Of a DNA stretch of 64,000 nt, positions 60,668-64,000 are shown one piece after another. Positions within the stretch are counted from its first letter, which is position 1. The number at the start of each line of letters is the position of its first letter. The notes beneath the pieces are model-generated. The model did no database searches. It was not told the DNA's origin and saw nothing but the letters and a program-made list of their open reading frames with translations. Origin of the DNA: an uncultured Alphaproteobacteria bacterium (GTDB lineage Bacteria > Pseudomonadota > Alphaproteobacteria > CAAGCB01 > CAG-977); NCBI GenBank assembly GCA_937912005.1, contig CALDOX010000014.1, positions 205,186 through 269,185 of the forward strand. Reading direction: 5' to 3'. The position numbers and the translations under genes are program-made.

Positions 60668-61442
60668 AGATTTTATCCTTATCTAATATTACACAACTAT
60701 TATCAAAAGATAATAAACTATTTTTCTTTAACTTATTGAAAACATCCGCTTCTTTTTTTAAATTTGATATAATTCGATTAACATTTTTCTTATTATCATC
60801 CCAATATGGACCAATATGCTCCTCAAGAAATTTATCTATATATTCCCAAGTAATTTTTCCACCAGAAATCTTAACTACTTGTGTCAAGTCGCTTATATAT
60901 TTTTCATAAAACTTTTCTTTTGAGCTGGAAGTTCCCCAAAAAGCGCAAATATTATCAACAGGAACACTTTCGATGTCGATCACAACTTCTTTTTGAGTAT
61001 TCCCAAATCTCCCTATGCCCTTGCTATATTCTTTTATATTTTTTTTATGTTTCTCGCATGCCTTAATAAAAGCCGCGTCACTGTACAACGATTCAATGTT
61101 TAATATAATGTTACTACAATTTGTTATTTTTATTATGTAATTTATTCCAATATTAGGATGTAATGGAATTCCTTCTTTATAAAAACTTTTGGCAACCGTA
61201 TAATCTGTTGTCCAACTTGTAACTCCGAATAAAATTTTCTGCTTTAAAAAAGCATCAAAAATTGAACGTTCTTTCACATGATTTCTGAAATCGGTTATTC
61301 TATAACATGGCTTATCACATTTTTTCAAATGATCGTCTATCGGAAAACTCCTTAATTTTTGCGCTAGTTCATCTCTTTTTTCACGCATTCCATGAGCTTG
61401 CCAATCATTTACAGTTTGAATAAAATCTAACGTGTATTCCAT
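60660..61442 (-). CDS. hypothetical protein (strongly AT-rich insert within the cluster)
   Basis: ORF only; composition differs from the flanking genes. Confidence 0.3.
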   Translation of the reverse strand: MEYTLDFIQTVNDWQAHGMREKRDELAQKLRSFPIDDHLKKCDKPCYRITDFRNHVKERSIFDAFLKQKILFGVTSWTTDYTVAKSFYKEGIPLHPNIGINYIIKITNCSNIILNIESLYSDAAFIKACEKHKKNIKEYSKGIGRFGNTQKEVVIDIESVPVDNICAFWGTSSSKEKFYEKYISDLTQVVKISGGKITWEYIDKFLEEHIGPYWDDNKKNVNRIISNLKKEADVFNKLKKNSLLSFDNSCVILDKDKIYA

Positions 61443-61460
61443 TTCTTTATCCTTATTTTC

Positions 61461-62597
61461 TTAATCGCAACTTTTCCAATAATCGATCCAGTATTTGATT
61501 CGTTCCTGTCGATTCATTTTTCCAGCGGGCGTTTTATATAAACGAATGCCTCCGCAATACATTTTTTCAAAATCAAGAACGGCAAACCCCCATGACAGAC
61601 CGACGCCAAATGTCGCCAGACAAACATTCTTTTCGCTTTTTTCTTTCAGATGACGGCATAAATCCATCGCGACGGCGACGTTTCCGCAGTTTCCATACTG
61701 TGAAAACGTTTCCGTAGAAAATTTATCTTTCGGCAATCCCGCATACATGGCAACCGTCCGGACAATCTGTTTGTTCGCCTGATGAAAAGCGAAGAAATCA
61801 ATATCATCCTTTGTTTTTCCAGCGTAATCCAAAACAGCGGCGATACCTTTCGGTCCGACATCTGTGGTGAACTTGAATACATCAAGTCCTTTCATAATCT
61901 CGTCCCACAAATGCCACACATTCCCGCGGTCATCGGTTTCTTCAATATCGATAATGTCTTTTCTTATCGGTAAAGCCCAACCACCGGCGGGGGCGATAAT
62001 TTTATCCCAATCCTTGCCACGTGTGCCAGTATAAAACCATGACGGTTTTTCTTCATCCGTGTATTCCAGAAGAGTTGCCGTTCCCGCATCGCCGAACAAC
62101 ATATTAGAGTTGCGGTTTCTTCTATCGGAATGAATACTGGCGATTTCTCCGGAAAGCAAAAGAACTTTCTTTGCCGCGCCACTTGCAATCAGCGAATGGG
62201 CCAACCATAAACTATGGACATACGCCGAACACGCCAATCCCGTCATATCGAAGCAGGAGCAGTTTTCACTTAACCCCAAAATTCCCTGAAGAATACACGC
62301 TGAAGCCGGATATTTGTAATCCAATGATGTGGATACCATGATCACAGCATCGATCGTGTCTTTGTCGACATTCAAAGCGTCAATCAAGTCGCGCGCGGCG
62401 GCTTCACACAAATCGCAATTCGTCGTGCGGTCGTCGGCAACGTGGCGTGTTCCCAATCCCAGAATTTTTTTGTTGCGTTCCAACAGCTTCGGATCGTTGT
62501 TGAAAAATTCGATTTCATCGTCGATGTTGATGAAATTTTCCGGAACAACCGCCGTTATACCGCTGATTTTGACGTGATTGAATTGACTGAATCCCAT
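61461..62597 (-). CDS. FabH-like 3-oxoacyl-ACP synthase III family protein
   Basis: KASIII fold with active-site Cys region (FDMTGLACSAY), HQANKQI, and a C-terminal tail shared with the next KASIII; start MGFSQFN with AGGGA RBS. Confidence 0.7.
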   Translation of the reverse strand: MGFSQFNHVKISGITAVVPENFINIDDEIEFFNNDPKLLERNKKILGLGTRHVADDRTTNCDLCEAAARDLIDALNVDKDTIDAVIMVSTSLDYKYPASACILQGILGLSENCSCFDMTGLACSAYVHSLWLAHSLIASGAAKKVLLLSGEIASIHSDRRNRNSNMLFGDAGTATLLEYTDEEKPSWFYTGTRGKDWDKIIAPAGGWALPIRKDIIDIEETDDRGNVWHLWDEIMKGLDVFKFTTDVGPKGIAAVLDYAGKTKDDIDFFAFHQANKQIVRTVAMYAGLPKDKFSTETFSQYGNCGNVAVAMDLCRHLKEKSEKNVCLATFGVGLSWGFAVLDFEKMYCGGIRLYKTPAGKMNRQERIKYWIDYWKSCD

Positions 62598-62607
62598 TGT
62601 TTCCCTT

Positions 62608-63351
62608 TTAATACGTTCCGCAATCCAATATATAATTCTGCCCTGTAATCCATTTTGATTTATCGGAGAGTAAGAAAACAATCATATTGGCTATATCTTC
62701 CGGCTTTCCAAAGCCGAAAGGGTATTTTTGAGACATTTCCTGATAATAATCGGAAGAACCGTCCCCCAACATTGGAGTAGCTATCATTGAGGGGGATACC
62801 GTATTAACACGAATTTGCTGAGACGAAAGTTCCCGAGCAATCGCTTTCATAGAAGCCGATAAAGCGGCTTTGCTACCTGCATAAGCTATTTGTCCTTTTT
62901 CTGCAATATTCGCTGCGATAGAGGCTATAGCAACCACAGCAGAACCTTTACCATTGTTAACTCGCCGATCTGCGAACCCTTTTGCCAGAAAAACAGCTGA
63001 AAAATAATTTACATCAAACGTCTGTTTAATTGCATCAATGTCCATTGATTGTAACGAAAGCAAAGTCCCTATTCCCGCGCAACAAGCCATACCCTGAAAT
63101 TTGCCGTATTTGTCTTTCAACGATTTGATCCACGCGGGCAAACCTTCAATATCTTCCGTTAAATCTTTTTGTTCTAAAAAAATGTTTTCGGGATATTTTG
63201 CCTTGGCTTTCATTCCCTCAAGCCGTTCTTGGCTGCGGCCGATACCGATGACTGTTGCCCTCAATTCATTCAATAACAAGGCCACGGCTTCGCCAATCCC
63301 TGACGAAGCCCCCGTAACGATAAAACGTTGTTCCGGTGTAAATGAAATCAT
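62608..63351 (-). CDS. short-chain dehydrogenase/reductase
   Basis: TGASSGIGEAV motif; YAGSKAA. Confidence 0.8.
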   Translation of the reverse strand: MISFTPEQRFIVTGASSGIGEAVALLLNELRATVIGIGRSQERLEGMKAKAKYPENIFLEQKDLTEDIEGLPAWIKSLKDKYGKFQGMACCAGIGTLLSLQSMDIDAIKQTFDVNYFSAVFLAKGFADRRVNNGKGSAVVAIASIAANIAEKGQIAYAGSKAALSASMKAIARELSSQQIRVNTVSPSMIATPMLGDGSSDYYQEMSQKYPFGFGKPEDIANMIVFLLSDKSKWITGQNYILDCGTY

Positions 63352-63353
63352 TT

Positions 63354-63572
63354 TTAAAGTCCCGCCTTTTTAGCAATATCGCCGATTGTTTTCATTTCCT
63401 TGTAATCTTTCATTGTCGTTTTGACGCCGAAAGACTTTTCCAAAAACGCCATCGTCGCCATCACGGACAAGGAATCCCATTCGTCCAAATCATTCAGAAC
63501 GGTATCCATGGACAGGTCTTCCTCCGTTTGCAAAACGTCCTGCATTTGAGTTAAAAACTCTTCGTTTGTCAT
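63354..63572 (-). CDS. acyl carrier protein
   Basis: LDEWDSLSVMATM phosphopantetheine attachment motif. Confidence 0.7.
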   Translation of the reverse strand: MTNEEFLTQMQDVLQTEEDLSMDTVLNDLDEWDSLSVMATMAFLEKSFGVKTTMKDYKEMKTIGDIAKKAGL

Positions 63573-64000
63573 TCTTCTTCTCCTTTAAAGTAGTTGATCC
63601 AGTATTGAATTTGTTGTTCGCGCGTCGGCTTATCCTTCGGGGAAATATACGATGATATTCCGCCGTTATACATTCCGGACAAATCAAGCGCCGCTCCGCT
63701 CCATGACAACCCGACACCAAAGGCGCATAAAATTACGTTTTTCAACGGCTTTGTCTGGTCGCATAAGACCGTTACGACCGAATTGGTCGAGTTGTTCGCA
63801 TATTTTGAAAAAACGTCAACGGGGGCTTTTTCAGGCGGAACGCCTGCTTTGGAAACAATGTTTTCGACGATCTGTTTGTTTGCCTGATGAATGGCGAATA
63901 AATCAATGTCGTCCGCCATCCAGTTTGCCGCTTTCATTGTATCGTTCAGCAACGCGGGCGCAACATCCATCGTAAAATTAAAGACGTCTTCTCCTTTTAA
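63569..64000 (-). CDS. FabH-like KASIII family protein (C-terminal part; gene continues beyond window)
   Basis: C-terminal half paralogous to 61461-62597 (FAIHQANKQIV, GVGLSW, conserved YW tail). Confidence 0.6.
   Translation of the reverse strand, partial: LKGEDVFNFTMDVAPALLNDTMKAANWMADDIDLFAIHQANKQIVENIVSKAGVPPEKAPVDVFSKYANNSTNSVVTVLCDQTKPLKNVILCAFGVGLSWSGAALDLSGMYNGGISSYISPKDKPTREQQIQYWINYFKGEEE

Overview
This 64 kb window looks like an alphaproteobacterial chromosome segment: the gene order rplU-rpmA-obg-proBA-nadD-rsfS-rlmH and hemX/Mic60-hemY-tsaD-gpsA is conserved, and a GAAC-N7-GAAC LexA box is present. The core is broken by several AT-rich accessory islets. Core housekeeping genes are ftsK, lolA, cysE, gpsA, tsaD, rppH, ctpA, envC-like, gpmI and tRNAs Met(CAT), Gly(GCC) and Arg(ACG). 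Three accessory regions stand out. (1) A small AT-rich islet at 1.2-3.2 kb next to tRNA-Met encodes an HNH/AHH-like nuclease-domain protein and a P-loop kinase. (2) A roughly 13 kb integrated mobilizable element sits immediately 3' of tRNA-Arg (39.55-52.8 kb). It carries a truncated HU gene, a LexA-box-controlled YolD/Y-family polymerase cassette (polymerase with an in-frame TAA), ArdC and DUF2958 anti-restriction-type genes each preceded by the same ~225 bp structured leader repeat, and, wedged between them, an AT-rich two-gene operon (DUF262 protein plus a putative HEPN/Abi_2-like protein). It also has an oriT-like inverted repeat with MobC and a MOBQ/P-type relaxase, a T7-type tail-fibre gene, a GT2 glycosyltransferase and a GmrSD-type type IV restriction enzyme. 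No integrase was found in the window. (3) From 52.8 kb to the window end there is an accessory acyl-ACP-based biosynthetic cluster: LDH-like dehydrogenase, LuxC/LuxE-like, GNAT, AMP-ligase, two ACPs, split transketolase, two SDRs and two FabH-like KASIII genes with tandem KASIII-ACP-SDR cassettes. The best candidate for an undescribed system is the DUF262 plus HEPN-like operon inside the anti-restriction region of the mobile element, together with the repeated structured leader that precedes ArdC and DUF2958.
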